42,226 nucleotides of DNA from the NCBI GenBank assembly GCA_001642005.1, contig LWCA01000190.1, forward strand, positions 1 through 42,226, in the 5' to 3' direction. Positions 25,576 to 39,375 of this stretch are shown one piece after another. The DNA is from Intoshia linei (taxonomy: Eukaryota; Animalia; Orthonectida). The first letter of the stretch is position 1. Every line of letters begins with the position of its first letter. Made by a program: the position numbers and the translations under genes. The notes beneath the pieces are model-generated. The model was not told the DNA's origin. It saw nothing but the letters and a program-made list of their open reading frames with translations, and did no database searches.

Positions 25576-26849
25576 CTATCTAAAGTTTGTACAATTGGAA
25601 GAGTGGATTTCAATATTTTCAGATTCAAAATGAAGACCACATATAGGGCACATTTTATTTGCTATTGCTAATATGACCAAATCAGGATTGCTAGTTGGAT
25701 TTTCATCCATTTTTTCTTTACTTCTATAAATGAAACAAAATTTAATTGATGTCACAAAATTAAAAAAATTTTACGTGGATGTCAAGTTTTTTGCATTTTT
25801 ATTTTTTTTCTTAATTTTTGTAATAGAATTTGTTTTAGTGGGTTCTTTAATTTTTATAAACGTTCCACCACAGGTAGATTTGTGTTTATTCCACCACCAA
25901 TCCGACTTTTGTGGTGGTCTGTTCATTGCTCGTTTTACAATTCCGTAATAAGGATGTTTATTCTGACATGTACCATTACTAAAATAACTTTACATTAAAT
26001 TATAAAAAATTCAACCATTTCCACCAATGATTTCGATAAAATTGAACTTCATCCGTGAAATTGTGAAAAATCTAAAAATATTCGTAATAAATTTAATTTA
26101 TAAATCAATTAATTTCCCAATATTTTTTAAAATATGCCAATTTCTCAGAATAAATTCAATTAAAATGGAAACACTGAAATATTTGAAAATATAATTAATT
26201 AAATTATTTGAACCTGTAAAGGGTCAGATAAGTCATTGTTATCTAACGGAAAATTTGAAAAAAAAACAGATTAACTAGACCTCCATTTTCTAAAGATTTC
26301 AATATCCAAATTTATATAAGATATAAAAAAAATTAAATATATGAGAAAATTTAAAAAGCACATTAATTGAAGTTCCAGCAATTTTGTTAATTCTATTCAT
26401 ATGTTGCTGAAATTCGGGTCCGTGACCATCTCGATCAACATTTCTTCTAGTTATAAACAGATAACCATGTATCATTTCGTGCTAAATTGAATATATAAAT
26501 TATATGTATTATATATATGATTAAATTTCTAATCTCAAACACGTTTGAATTAAATAAAAAGTTACCAAAATAGTTTCAATCAAATCTTTTCGAGAACGAA
26601 AAGATAAAAGTGGTTTACTCAATCTTATTGCACATGAACCGGTTAAAAAATTGTATTTACATAAACCAGCACACCTTAAATAAAATAAAACAGTACAAAT
26701 ATTAATTACAATGTCATTCTGTTACTCCAACTTATAGTTGTGGCATCTAATTTTCTATCGAAATATGCCAAATTGTACACGTTAAATAACTCGTAAATAT
26801 CCGGGTTTGGATCAGTTATTTCATAAATTGGATCGACTATAGATTTCAT
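25576..26849 (-). CDS. SPRTN: SPRTN/Spartan (DVC1) DNA-protein crosslink metalloprotease, 258 aa, 6 exons
   Basis: Exons 26849-26710, 26674-26566, 26481-26362, 26071-26016, 25978-25775 and 25723-25576. Protein: DPNPDIYELF..WSNRMTLCAGLC..IRLSKPLL..RKDLIETILHEMIHGYLF..DRDGHGPEF..HWWKCNGTCQNKHPYYGIVKRAMNRPP..HKSTCGGTFIKIKEP, with a terminal CPIC..H..C UBZ-type finger. Confidence 0.95.
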
Positions 26850-26972
26850 TTCATTATACATATATCATATTGGGATTTTATTTATAAAACTTTATTATGG
26901 TTCAATGATGTTTCCATTGGATTAAAAATTTTTAGTTGATTAATTAAGATTAGAGTAATAAATTATTACTAA

Positions 26973-27688
26973 CTAGGTTGACTGTTATGTACTATGTACA
27001 AACAGCACTTAGCTTTGCCGAGGGTACATTTTTATTATATCAAAAAAATATTGGTTGATAATATATTATAAATTATTATTTCACCGAGAATGCGTAGATT
27101 TCTGGGGTTGAAATTTTGTATTTATATGAACTCAAATAAGCTCTACCGGAATAATCTTTTTTTTTAATTTTCGAACAGTTAATTATTTTACATTTTTTGA
27201 TTTACAATAATTTTGTTAATAAAATATTTCGGAAAAAAAATATATAAATACTAAAATGCTTTTTTGACCGTGAAGTCGTCACTTATCAGATTTAAATTTT
27301 TTGTGTGTGTTAACAGGATACAACTGTACCACCATAAATTTTTTTAAAGTCTAGGGCTGTTTTCATTAAAAAAAAATTAATTTGGGGTTTTGGCCCTGAG
27401 GATATAATTTTTTTAAATTTAAATTTAAGATAATGTTTATGATTTTAAAATCCGTATCAGTGTATATATTTTTTAAATTTTCCAACTTGTTTGATTTTCA
27501 AAAAAATGACAATTAAAGTTTTTGACCCGTAAGATGTGAGTTTGGGAGGTTGAAATTATGTTTGCGAACACCCCGGAAAAAACTGTAATTAAAATGTGGA
27601 CTTATAAAATTCTAAGACTGGTAGTTATTTAAATAAAGTGGAACACAGACACACACAAACAAATATTGCGTAGAATATTATGTAAGGA
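26973..27688 (-). mobile_element. Non-autonomous Helitron-like element, copy 3 (internally deleted)
   Basis: A|TCCTTAC 5' end at 27688, hairpin plus CTAG|T 3' end at 26973. Colinear with 3477-4633 apart from an internal deletion. Confidence 0.85.
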
Positions 27689-29136
27689 TAATTTATGTAT
27701 ATGCTATATTTTTATGATTTACACAGTGTTAATAAAGTTAATAATAAACTCTAAAATTGATTTGGATATTTATTATTATTATTATTATTATAGATTGGTT
27801 ATTATATTTTTTAATTTAATATTGACCTGCTTTGATTGTATCTATGTTAAAAATACTTTTAAAAATTTTAATTGGTTAGAAATTGTATTAATTCAAATTA
27901 AAATGTAAATTTTTAATAAAAAAGAAATTAAAAAGATCATGGATACACAAATTTTGTACTTTTAATTTAAATTTGAAATATAAAAGTTGAATTTAAAACA
28001 AGACTTAAATAGTGTATTTTGAGATCTGAAACCATTTGCGCTGTTGGAATATACAATGCATGAAAGTAAAATAAGAATTGATATGAATTCAGTCTACGGT
28101 TTTGTAGAAGGATTATTGGATTAGAATTTTAAAAATAAATACTGATTAACCAGTCTATCATAGTCAGATATAATTAACTCAACATGGAAATGAATAGATT
28201 ATTATAAAGCAGTTAAAACAAAATATATGCATAAATTTAAAAGATAAAATTGATCCTACAAACCCCAGTTAAGAATGAAATGCTGCAGAACAAACCAATA
28301 TTACAAAATAAAAACATCATAACATGTTTTCTTGAAATCATACCTTATTTATATACATTTAAAGGTCTTAGTTAATAGTCTTGACTCAAGAATTTTAAAC
28401 ATTAGAGTGGAAGACATACAAAAAATATGTAAATATTAATAATGACATAAAAAAGATATCAGTGACTGCCTCTATTTTGTGCTAAACGCTCTCACGGCCG
28501 CATGCGGCCGTACGGTCGAACGTTGTACAGTGCACTGCATTAGAATAATGATTAGACAGATACATTAGGTCCTAATAATTACGATTACAAAAATTAGCTA
28601 GACCGGAGAATCTGTTGAGGCTGTACGTTTACATATATATTTTCTTGAATTACTCCAACATCTCTAATAAATGAAATGAAAATATAGTATTAAATTTAAA
28701 TATCGATATTAACAAAATTTATTATTTAATTTAAAATGTCTAATATGGATGCAAAGCTGAAACTAGTAAGCTCGAGTGTACCCGAAAATGAAAACTATGC
28801 TGCTAAAAAAATTAGAAAAAAATTTTTCCAGTAGTTTTGTGGTTTTACTTTGTTTACGTGTTTTTTATATTATTTTAATCTAAATTACATATACATTGTG
28901 TAGAGAGAATACCGTACATCAAATCAAAAATCAAATAAAAACAATTAAACGTTAAATTTTTACGAGATTCTAAGACAATTCAAAGATTTTAATACAATTT
29001 AGTTAAAATTGATAATACATTGTACATGTGTAAAAAAAATTTATAAAATTACCTTTTGAAGGGGAAATTCTTGTATAAAGTTGAGAATCACTGTTATACA
29101 TGTAAATTTTTATTATATATAACCAATAGTTGCAAA

Positions 29137-29384
29137 CAGAGCCGTGAAGAGGCAACAGTAGGTCCGGTCCAAATGGAAATGGTAAACCTTAATAAATTTT
29201 TTAAAAAAAATGGATCTCTATTTATTGCTTAAAATTAAAAATAATCGTTGGAAATTGCATTGATTATCGAAATTTTGGTATACTTAAAAAATTTTCCAAC
29301 ATTACCGATTAATAAATTTAAAAAGTAAACTCTCATATTATAAGCCCGGTACATACGGCTCACCTAGTCCTCTTCACGGCCCTG
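29137..29384. mobile_element. hAT-like MITE (248 bp) about 240 bp upstream of MVP
   Basis: 16-bp TIRs CAGAGCCGTGAAGAGG / CCTCTTCACGGCCCTG and an 8-bp TSD-like flank gttgcaaa/gttgtcaa. Confidence 0.85.
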
Positions 29385-29621
29385 GTTGTCAATCAAGGTG
29401 GTTAGCCGTAAAAAGCGGTTAGTGGTTAAAAACAAGACCTAAAAATAATAGAATTTTATTTTTTTTGCTTAAAAATGTTGTTGTGTAAATTACTTCAGTA
29501 AACCAGAAGTGAAAATAATTGTTGATACAATGAATCACTATACCTAAAACATATGCTGATATAATGTTTGTTTGTAATAGAATAAATTATAAAAATAAAT
29601 ATATTTTTTCATTTACATAAA

Positions 29622-32600
29622 ATGAATAAGAACAGTATTTTGCACATTGAATATGACGAATACTGCTATATATTGGTAAAATACATTTAACTAAAATAGA
29701 TTAAAATAGGATTCAAACAATGGAGCCGTCAGAACAGAAATTGGTCCAAAACGATTAATTTTAGAAAATCACGAAAGGTAAAAACAGTAAATTGTCTTAT
29801 AAATTTTTTAGTATTAAAAAAGTATGTACATTGGTACACATCCCGTCACAATGTTATTGTGTTGTTGAAAACCCTGTTTTAATTACAGACAATCAAGTTA
29901 CTGTTAATGAATTTAGACAGGCAGAAATTAGAAACGGTAAAAAAGAAATTAGATTTTCACGTGACCCTTTTCCATTGTATTGGGGTGAAAAGTTGTTGGG
30001 GGAAGTTATGGAATTAAAAATAATAGAACCGAATCATGCACTATTTATTAAAGCTACATCATCATACACTGATACAAGTGGTATATACAGAGATGTAAAT
30101 GATGAATGGGTATTTAATGGACCAGGTACGTTTACTTTAATTTAATATTCATCTTTTAAAAGGAATATATTATCCACATATCCATGAAGAAATATCAAGT
30201 AATCATAAACATACATTTGTGCAAGATTCTGGTATGCAATATGCTGCTTCAAGGGATTTGATAGATGGATACGGAAATTTAAGATTGAAAGGGGAAGAGT
30301 GGATTATTAAAACTAAAGGTTTTTATTCATATGGACCATATGAAAAATTTGTTAAAATGGTTGAGTCTATTTTGCTTACACTTGAGGTAAAATATCTAAC
30401 GTACATATTCATTATTTTTATAGAATGGAATGTATATTGAATGTATAAAACCTTTTAAAAATAACACAAAACACAAAACTAAAGGGGATAAATGGCTAAT
30501 AACGAAAAAAAATTGTCCATATTATATATTGGAAGGATTCGAAAAGGTACATTTTTAAATAAATTTTTTTGAACTTGTCAAGTCCTATGAGATTTCATTA
30601 TAAACTAACAGATGTGCTATGAACTCACGGCTTACTAATATTTTTTTAAAGCTCTATTGCGGAAAGATTTTTATATCGCGTTGAAATTCATAAAAATAAT
30701 TTTTATGTACAATTTCTATTCAAAATGAACAATTTCCTCACTCCGTTAATACATGTTAGTCTATAACAGTGATTCTCAACCTGTGGCCCGCCGAATATTT
30801 TAAATAATTATTTAAAAATAATTTTTAATTTATTTGTACTAAAGTAGTGTGCCAATTTCTTAACATTTATGTGAATCTGCTTTTTCGAATATGGAGTTTA
30901 TTAAAAATAAATTTAGAAGTAAAACATCTAATGACTATCTCTGTCATAAATTAAACAAGCGATAAATTTAAATTTAGATGCTAATATTTTTGTTTTTACG
31001 TTGTTTGTTAGTTTGATTCGTATATTTGCAGGATATTACAAAATTATTATAGAAAATTTAATATTAAGGCTCTATTAAGATATTATGACATGAAAAAATA
31101 AAATATACTATATTTTAAAATATATTCTCAAAAGGAATGCATCATAACTACACCAATGTTGACTAAAAAAGTAATAATAGTACATGGTAACGATCAAAAA
31201 ATTAAACTCTATCGAATGTTGGTAAAAATAATGTTAAAATTTAAATATATGAGTTAATTATTAAAATATATAATTATACCTATATTGATTTTTATTAAAG
31301 TTTTAAGTTATCAGAACATAGAGGTGACGCATCGTTTTGAAGTTATAATTTACAATTTATTAATATCATAAATGTATAACGTAAATAATAAGTTCAATTC
31401 GTAACGTCGTAACATTTTATGCGTATTTTCAACCGAATTTATAGTCTAATTAAACTATTTCAATTAAATTAATTCAACGTGCAAGTTTTCATCCTAAATA
31501 CACTATAAAAATTTTCACACAGATCAGAATTAAAAATTAATTTAATGTCAAAACATTTGACTTTAAATTGAGAAGAATTGAGTGAATTGATCATAATTAT
31601 ATAATTTAGTCAATCAAACACATTTCATTGGAAATATTGGAAGAAAATGAATTTTGCTACATAAAGAAATATGACAATGCCATAATATCAAAGGGAGATA
31701 ACAACCGACTTGTAGTTGGCCCAAAAAGTTTCTTTTTACTACCTGGTGAATTTATACATGGTAGAATTGAAAAATGTACCGTTTTAAAATCCGACCAAGG
31801 AGTAGTTCTAAGAGCTAAAAATAATTATATGGATGAAGTATTTTATTACATAAAGTAAAATAACACATTCTATTAGAAAATAAAACGTGTTGCAGGAGAA
31901 AAATGGTTAATAAAAGGTCCTTGTGTTTATACACCAAAAAAAGATGTCGAAATCGTAACTATTAGAGAAACTCACTCTATGAATGAAAACGAAGGTATTT
32001 ATGTGAGAGATTTGAGAACTGGCCAAGTAATATAAATATATTGTATAATTTATGTATTAACTGTTAATTCTAGGTTAGGGCCATTTCTGGAACATCGTAC
32101 ATGTTAACTGAATATGAAGAATTAGCGAGTAAGTTTATGCCAGCATTCATTGAAGCTTGTTTGTACAAAAATAGATGGGATGAAAAAGGTGAAGAGGAAA
32201 GTAAGAGAACTGTACAAAAATCCGAAGATAAATACTGTGTTATTAAAAGGAAAAATCACGAAATTATTAGCTATCACGTACCACAAAATTCAGTGGTTCA
32301 ACTATACGAATTACAATCAAACAACGTCAGGTACTTAATTATACTTATAAAATATTTTCGAATTAAGACTATCAAAAGTTAACATTGATTACCGCCTAAC
32401 AATTTGATAATTAGAATATATACGACACAAAGAAGTGGTTATCTTAACTTATATAATATAATACGCTATTTTTGTTTGTATGTGTCTGTGTGTTACGCTT
32501 TATTGAAATAACTATTAGTCTTAGAATTTTTTAAAGACCACATTTCAAATACAGTTTTTGCTGGAACGTATAATAAGAATAATTTCAACTTCCCCATTTC

Positions 32601-35600
32601 ACATCTTACGGGTTAAAAACCCCAGTTGTCCCTCTTTTTGAAAATCAAACGAGTTGGAAAATTTAAAAAAATATATACGCTGATGCGGATTTTAAAATCA
32701 TAAACATTATCATAATTTTAATTTAAAAAAATTATATCTTCAGGGCCAAAACCCAAATTACCCTTCTTTTTTTAATGAAAATTGCCCTATAATTTCAAAA
32801 AATTTACAGATGGTACAGTTATATCTTGTTTACACACATATAAAATTTCAATCCGAAGAAGAGACGAATTCACGGTCAAAAAAAAATTTTAGTATTCATA
32901 TATTTTATAGGATTGGACTGTTTTTACTTTATTTTTAATATTATACACACATTCTGTCTAATACATTAAAAAAATGGGATACAGTCAAAATCTCATTTAA
33001 CAAATGTTTTGTTTAATGAATATTTCATTTAACGAACCTCGAAATTTTATTTTCTATATAAATGCCTAAATATCTGGTATTTAACGATTTCTGATTAACG
33101 AACGCGTAAATTCAATATTATTTTATTTTTTAGTAGTTTTTTAAAATATTGTTATGGTTTTATGGCTTTAAATATTAGATCGACTCTTTTATGAAGTCAT
33201 GGAATCTTTTTATATAATAAAAAAAATTATTTGTTAATTATTAATTATTTGTTCATATTAAATATAATTTTGATAAATTTAAGACATGCGTTTGCATTAT
33301 TTGCTGCACACTGTGCACCAGCACATTTTTAATATTTTCGTTAACAAATTTATTTAACGAATATGCCATTTTCGTTAAATGAGATTTTGACTGTAACAAT
33401 TTTTAAAATTCTTTACGCAAATGTTAACAAACAAAAAATTAATATGGAATCATTCACTTTAAAGTAAAAAGTAATGTGATATGATAATTCCACCTGAAAC
33501 AAATTTGGGAACCACTCCTTTAAAGGATTGATAATAGTGAATATTAGTATTTTTAAGTTAGATTTTCAACATGAATTTATTTTTTTATAACATTGTGCCC
33601 TCGGCAGAGCTATGTGCTGTTTGTACGTAGTACATAACAGTCAAACTAGTTATAGTATATTATACCACGCCGTCAATTTTATTATTTACCTTTTTGTCTC
33701 TTATTCTCTTATACTCACATTATTAGATGTACAAAATTTTATAATTTTACTAACGAAAAATTTAACAATCCAATAAAAAATAATTAGTGAAAATTAATTA
33801 ACAATAATATACTAAAATAAAAATAATAAATATATATAATTTTTATCATAAATGAACAAAAATATTATAATTTTACAAACTGTACTAATTTATTGTTATT
33901 GTGTTTTATTGTTCATCTACCAATGAGTTTACTTTTTATTATTAAACAATGCTTGCTTAATTTTATTTATACGCAAAATTTTAAATAGAATAGTTTTTGG
34001 ACCAAATCATATTGTGTTGAAACCACATGAACAATTTAAATACATCAGCTTATCTGGTGGTATGCCAAAGGACATAAAGAAACACAAAATAATTGACGTA
34101 TGTCTGAAATTGGGACCAGATTTTTATTTGGATATGATTAAAGCCGAAACATCGGACCATGCATGTTTAGATATTAAATTGGCTTACAATTGGTAATTGA
34201 TATACATTTATTACTCATTAATAATGAGTAAGTATTTAATTGAATAGGGCTATATTCCACGCTTACCATTTTAATAGAGTATTAGATAAAAATACCGTGT
34301 TTTTACGGTTTAGGTAAGACAGTAGACGCTCGAAAAGTGATCAATTTTTGAGATGCTATAACTAAAATATACTAATGTCACTTCTACAAAGTGAACACTA
34401 AAATTATCAATGAGAACATAACCTACTGTACCATTCATTTTGAGGTTTATCTATAGTTTTACATTTTCATTTAAATTCAAATGAAGAGGTCTATTTTTCA
34501 TTTTAGGGTGATATCGAGCTGGATACGTTCGCATCTAACCATAGTAATAACCTAATTTCACTAAATTAAGGTATTCATGACAGTGGATAGGGCCACATGA
34601 CCGAGTCTTCAATCACGAGGAGCCTAATATTTTAATTTAATGTTGGAAAATTTTTTTTATGATGACCAATGCAATTTCCAATTGTTATTTTTATTTTTTA
34701 TTGTCTATAAAAAATAAAAATAAAATATTAAACAAGATATGTTCACTTATAAATTTTTTTTTATGGACAAACAAATTGTAGCATGTGTGCGTTAGAGCTA
34801 TTCCATTTTTATAATATAAAAATTACATACATAGAAAATAAATGTCACTTAATTTGCTGCAGAATGATATTAATATTTTTAATTTTTATCCAAAAAAACC
34901 CCCGCGTCTTGAATTTACATTTTATGATTTCTCTGTTAGTTTATTAAAAAATTTTAATGATCCGTTGCAGTGTTAATAAATTTAAATACAATACCAATTT
35001 TCAATTTATAAAACTTTTAAAAATGTCGAATATTGAAATGATTTCATCATTTGAAAGTTTACAAGAAATGACCGAAATATTTTCATATTTTGTTATAAAA
35101 TTAGGTATTAATTAAATCTTTTTCTATAATATTTAAGCATTCTTTTATCTTTTGAAATAAGTGTGGTTTTTTGAGTAAAGATTCTTTAAGATAGTCTAAT
35201 CTACTCAAACAATCTTTTGCGTCAAAGAAACAATCAGTACAATCATTATTTGACAAATATGATGATTCAATTGTATCATTAATAATGTCATCTACACTTA
35301 ACTCATTATTTCTTGTAATTAAATTTTCGTCAGACCGACTATATTCACCAAAGTCTATATCCATTTCATAAAAACTCTGAAAATTATGCCATTCTGTAAT
35401 GTCAGGTAGTACCGTTTCCTGGTTCAAATTAGTATACTCTAAGTCAAACATCCTTGCTTTACTAAAACAATTTTTAATTTTTTCAGTTTTTACTCTTTGC
35501 CATGTCCTACTTATCAGCATTACAGCATCAAAAAGGTTTATATCATCATTGTTATTAATTCTAATCTATAATAATCCTTTAGATTTTTGATAATCCCCGT

Positions 35601-38600
35601 ATCCATGGGCTGTAAAACACATGTTGCATTAGGTGGAAGAAATAACAGTTTTATAGATTCTAGGGGTTGAATTAAGGATTTTTAATGGGCTGTACAATTA
35701 TCAACTACTAACAATACTTTTGTTTTCATTAGAAAATTTTTGATCGATAATGTGCAACAACTCTTCAAACAATATTGCTGTCATCCAAGCTTTTTTGTTG
35801 CTTTACTATATTAATGGGAAATTATTTTTATCATATCCTGCAAAACACCTTGGATTTTTAGATTTCCCTATCATTAAAAGAGGCAATTTCTCAGTCCCAC
35901 TTAAATTAGCGCAACACATTATTGTGATTCGTTTTTTATCAACTTTAGTGCCCTGAACTGGTTCATTTCTAAAGGCCAAAGTATTCCTTGGTGTAGCTTT
36001 AAAATATAATCCAGTTTCATCAGCATTAAAAATGTGATTTTCATACATTTGAAACACATTTAAATTATTCTCTCGCCAATTCTCAACCAGGGTATTGTTA
36101 ACACTACCTGATTTGCCTGAAAGTTTTTTATAAAACACATCATATCTGCATTTAATCTTATCACACAAAGAGCATATAACATAGCCACAAGAGGCTTTAA
36201 AATTATCATTGTTTAGTTTTTTTGCAAAAGTTAAAGCTTGGTCTTGCAATTGCCTCCCAAAAATGGGTGTATTGTTATCGACACAAAATCGCAACTATTG
36301 TAATGTCACTGCTTCAATATCTGCGAATCCACATTTTTTAATTTTTTTATGTTTTTTAATACCATATGACATATCTGTATATTTTTCTCTATTTTTGAGA
36401 ATATATGTGATTGTGGATTCCACAATGTGAAAGGATGAACAATGTTCATTGAACATGGTATTTTTTTGCAATATCTTTTTTTAGTAAAACATTTTTATCA
36501 ATTTCACCCAAAATTTTTATTTTTGAATTGTTTGTTAAATTGCTATATTTGAACGGCATCTAAATTATTAATTTCTAATTGTTAAAAAATTAATAAATAA
36601 ATATTACTTACGAATTTATTTGAAATGGACGGATAAATTTAATCTGATGGAATCAATTTAACTTAGCGGGACACGTTTTATAATATTATTGAATATAACT
36701 TTAACTTATCGAAAATTGGATTTTGAATTGCTATGAAATCTGTTATACATTTGTAAAAAGCGTGATTGCTTGCAATAAGCGCTATTTTGACTTATTGCGA
36801 TAGCACTGTAGTATCTACGGTAATAAAATATTCACAAAATTAATGAATTAGATTTTATCATATTTAAACTCATTTTACTCTTAATATAATAAACTTAACA
36901 AAATTATTTTTTTACAATAGTACTTAAAAAATATTTGAGTAGAAGCATTTAAAATGTTTTGACCCAGTTCATATAAATTCATGTCTTTTTTTTAAATTAT
37001 ATAATGTTTTTAAAAATGACGAAAAATTTGTCCGTGAACTGTGTCTAAAATAAACTATTTTTTATTGATTTTTTTTAATTAATAAGATTAGTGTCATATG
37101 ATCTATAGAGTTATATCTTAAAATTATAACAAATGCATGGCAACTACGAGAAAAAATGTTGCAAATTTTTTTACTATGAAAAATGATTGGAAAACAGTAC
37201 AAGGTACAGACGCCGTGGTGTTTTGTGACAAAAATAAAAAAAATTTATATATTTCTGCACAAATGAAATGGAGATTATTAAATTATCTTTATATATATTT
37301 ATTAAATTTCAAAAAAAGTCAAAATTAGAATAGCCCTAATGTTTGTAATACACTGTATATTTTTATATATAGGCAATTTGACATTACTCCTCAACATCCA
37401 ATAAAGGAAGTTAATAAACTATTTGCAGTTTCCGATTTTGTTGGAGATTCTAGCAGTAAAATGGGTTTACACTTTTTTATTTTATTTAATTTATAATATT
37501 CTTTAAACTTTCATCCGCTGTTGACTATGCTAGATTATACGGTAATGTCTATTTCAGAGATTGAAACCCGGATTTTTGGAATAAGAGTAAAAAATATACA
37601 AATAGAAAAATTTATAATATTGTGCTGTTATTAGTTTTTAATTCATTTTACAGGTACAATAATTGTCAAAATATTTAGTGTTATATATAAATATCTAATT
37701 TCGACATGAAATCTTTGTTTGTTTTCAACCAAATATTGATTTTTATTTATTTTTAACCGAGGCGTGTAAATTTCTTGGATAAATTTTTACAAAACATTAA
37801 AATGAAAAAACTAATAAGAATTCTTTGGCTGAAATTATTATTAAAATTATGAGACATGAATGTGAATTATTTAAAAACGGGGCCTTCACATTTGATATAA
37901 TGAACATTTTTAGCTTCCATGATCCGTAGTGCTATTGCATCCGTATCATTTGATCATTTTCATAAGGTAATATTTTTTTGAAAAATCATTTATAAATGTT
38001 TATTTAGAATTCCAGCAGTATTATACGAAAATCTATATTTGGTGTGGATGAAAAAGGAATTATTAAAAATAAATTGAAATTTTCTACCAATCGACTGGTG
38101 ATCAGTGGTGTAGATATACGTTCTGTTACTCCATGCGATAAACTCATCAACGAAGCGCTCCAAAAATCTGTAGAATTAGCGATCGATATTACAACGAAAA
38201 CTCAAGCCGCTGCAGCAAGGTAATTTATATGCCAATGTGGGGAATGTGCATAAAAGACGTTAGATTGTTGGGATTTTTGTGTTCAATGATTGATTGTTGC
38301 AATCTATTTATAGTTAAATTTATTTTGTATTTATCTACGGTTAGTAAAATTTGATTATTTTTTCTAATGCATTAAAATGTGGGTTAAACTTTTAATATTT
38401 TTTAACTATCAAATTAATATAATTTTAATAGACATGCTGCTCAACGTGCAGAACAAAAAGCAAACGGGATTTTGATGCAAACAAAAATTTTAAATCAATC
38501 AAAAATTGCTAAAAACAAAAATAAACTTTTAGAATTGCAACACGAAACTGAAATAATAAAAAGTATGGGTAATAGCCGCGCTGAATGTTTAGCCGAAATG

Positions 38601-39046
38601 GAACGCAGTAAAATTTTTCACAACGCAAATATAGAATTTGCAGAATACGAAACAAATTTGAAGAATTTACAAGAGGTAAAATTTTTTTTAAATTCGTCAA
38701 ATTTTTAATTATAGAATTTCGACCGAAGTAAACAACAGATGAACAAGAAATTGACTAATGATCATTTAAAAGCAATTTCACAAACAGAGTACGAATTTAG
38801 AGTTAAACAAATAAAAATTGAAAATGAAGCCATACGATTAAGGTCAGAAGCTTTGGGTAAAGAGGCGATTGGAGAATTAGCGGATGCTAAATCAATTTAC
38901 AATGTAATATTCTTTTTACTGTACTTAATTAACTATATTTTTAGACTGACATTATTAAAGCGATGAATTTAAAGACAACTATCATTATGAACCCTAACGA
39001 TCAAATTGACTTAATATCTACAGTTGATAGACTGATCAGTCAATAA
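29622..39046 (+). CDS. MVP: Major vault protein, 837 aa, 15 exons
   Basis: Exons 29622-29675, 29710-29777, 29812-30125, 30163-30386, 30424-30546, 31610-31837, 31877-32026, 32074-32330, 33989-34192, 37373-37464, 37914-37966, 38008-38219, 38432-38675, 38715-38903 and 38945-39046 are all GT-AG and in phase. Motifs: EIRFSRDPFPLYWGE, EWVFNGPG, KSFFLLPGE, ENEGIYVRD, LGPDF..ETSDHA..LAYNW, SVSFDHFHKNS, ALQKSVELAIDITT, then a coiled-coil cap helix. Confidence 0.95.
32442..33649 (+). mobile_element. Non-autonomous Helitron-like element, copy 4, in MVP intron 8
   Basis: A|TCTTAACTTATATAA start followed by a tgtttgtatgtgtctgtgtg tract, then a 3' hairpin plus CTAG|T at 33646-33650. Confidence 0.88.
32982..33393. 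mobile_element. Tc1/mariner-pogo-type MITE nested in Helitron copy 4
   Basis: Perfect 20-bp TIR CAGTCAAAATCTCATTTAAC with TA on both sides and internal TTAACGA subterminal repeats. Confidence 0.9.
35101..36808 (-). mobile_element. Tigger/pogo (CENP-B/TIGD-like) transposon, decayed, in MVP intron 9
   Basis: Terminus TA|CAGTGCTATCGCAATAAG at 36808 and ATG at about 36559. Motifs FKASCG, IFNADETGLYF, KKRITIMCCANLSGTEKLPLLMIGKSKNPRCF and WQRVKTEKIKNCF are interrupted by stops and frameshifts. The 3' TIR was not located. Confidence 0.9.
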
Positions 39047-39214
39047 ATATATTAGATATTTGATTTTTATATTTTATATTATATTATATTTATTATATTA
39101 TTATTATATTTTTCATATTTATTAACACGAAATTAATTAAATTCATTAATTAATAACGTAAATAAACTAGTGTGACAAGATAAAAATAGTACCGTAAGTC
39201 TGCTGTGTACTGTT

Positions 39215-39375
39215 CAGGGCGGATTTAAGGGGTGAAAAAGATGCAGTTGCACCCCTAAATTTTTAATTAATGTTTTGCAAATAACTAAAAACGTTTTTAT
39301 TTATTAAAACAATATAGATGGCGCATAACATTACATTTTTTTTATTTTTGCGAAAAAATACAAATTTGGATACTA
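39215..39375 (+). mobile_element. Short derivative of the hAT element at 22180-23474
   Basis: cagggcggatttaagggg..tgcagttgcacccctaaatt matches 22180-22228, and ttttattttgcgaaaaa..aaatttgga matches about 23315-23345. Confidence 0.7.

Noticed and set aside
25730-25948. Hydrophobic 72-aa plus-strand ORF
   Set aside because: Antisense of the Lys-rich SPRTN exon 5.
27666-27908. 80-aa ORF with poly-Tyr
   Set aside because: Produced by a (TAT)n microsatellite and the Helitron end.
30163-30230. Suspected frameshift in MVP exon 4
   Set aside because: Re-reading shows a continuous frame (GIYYPHIHEEISSNHKHTFVQDSG).
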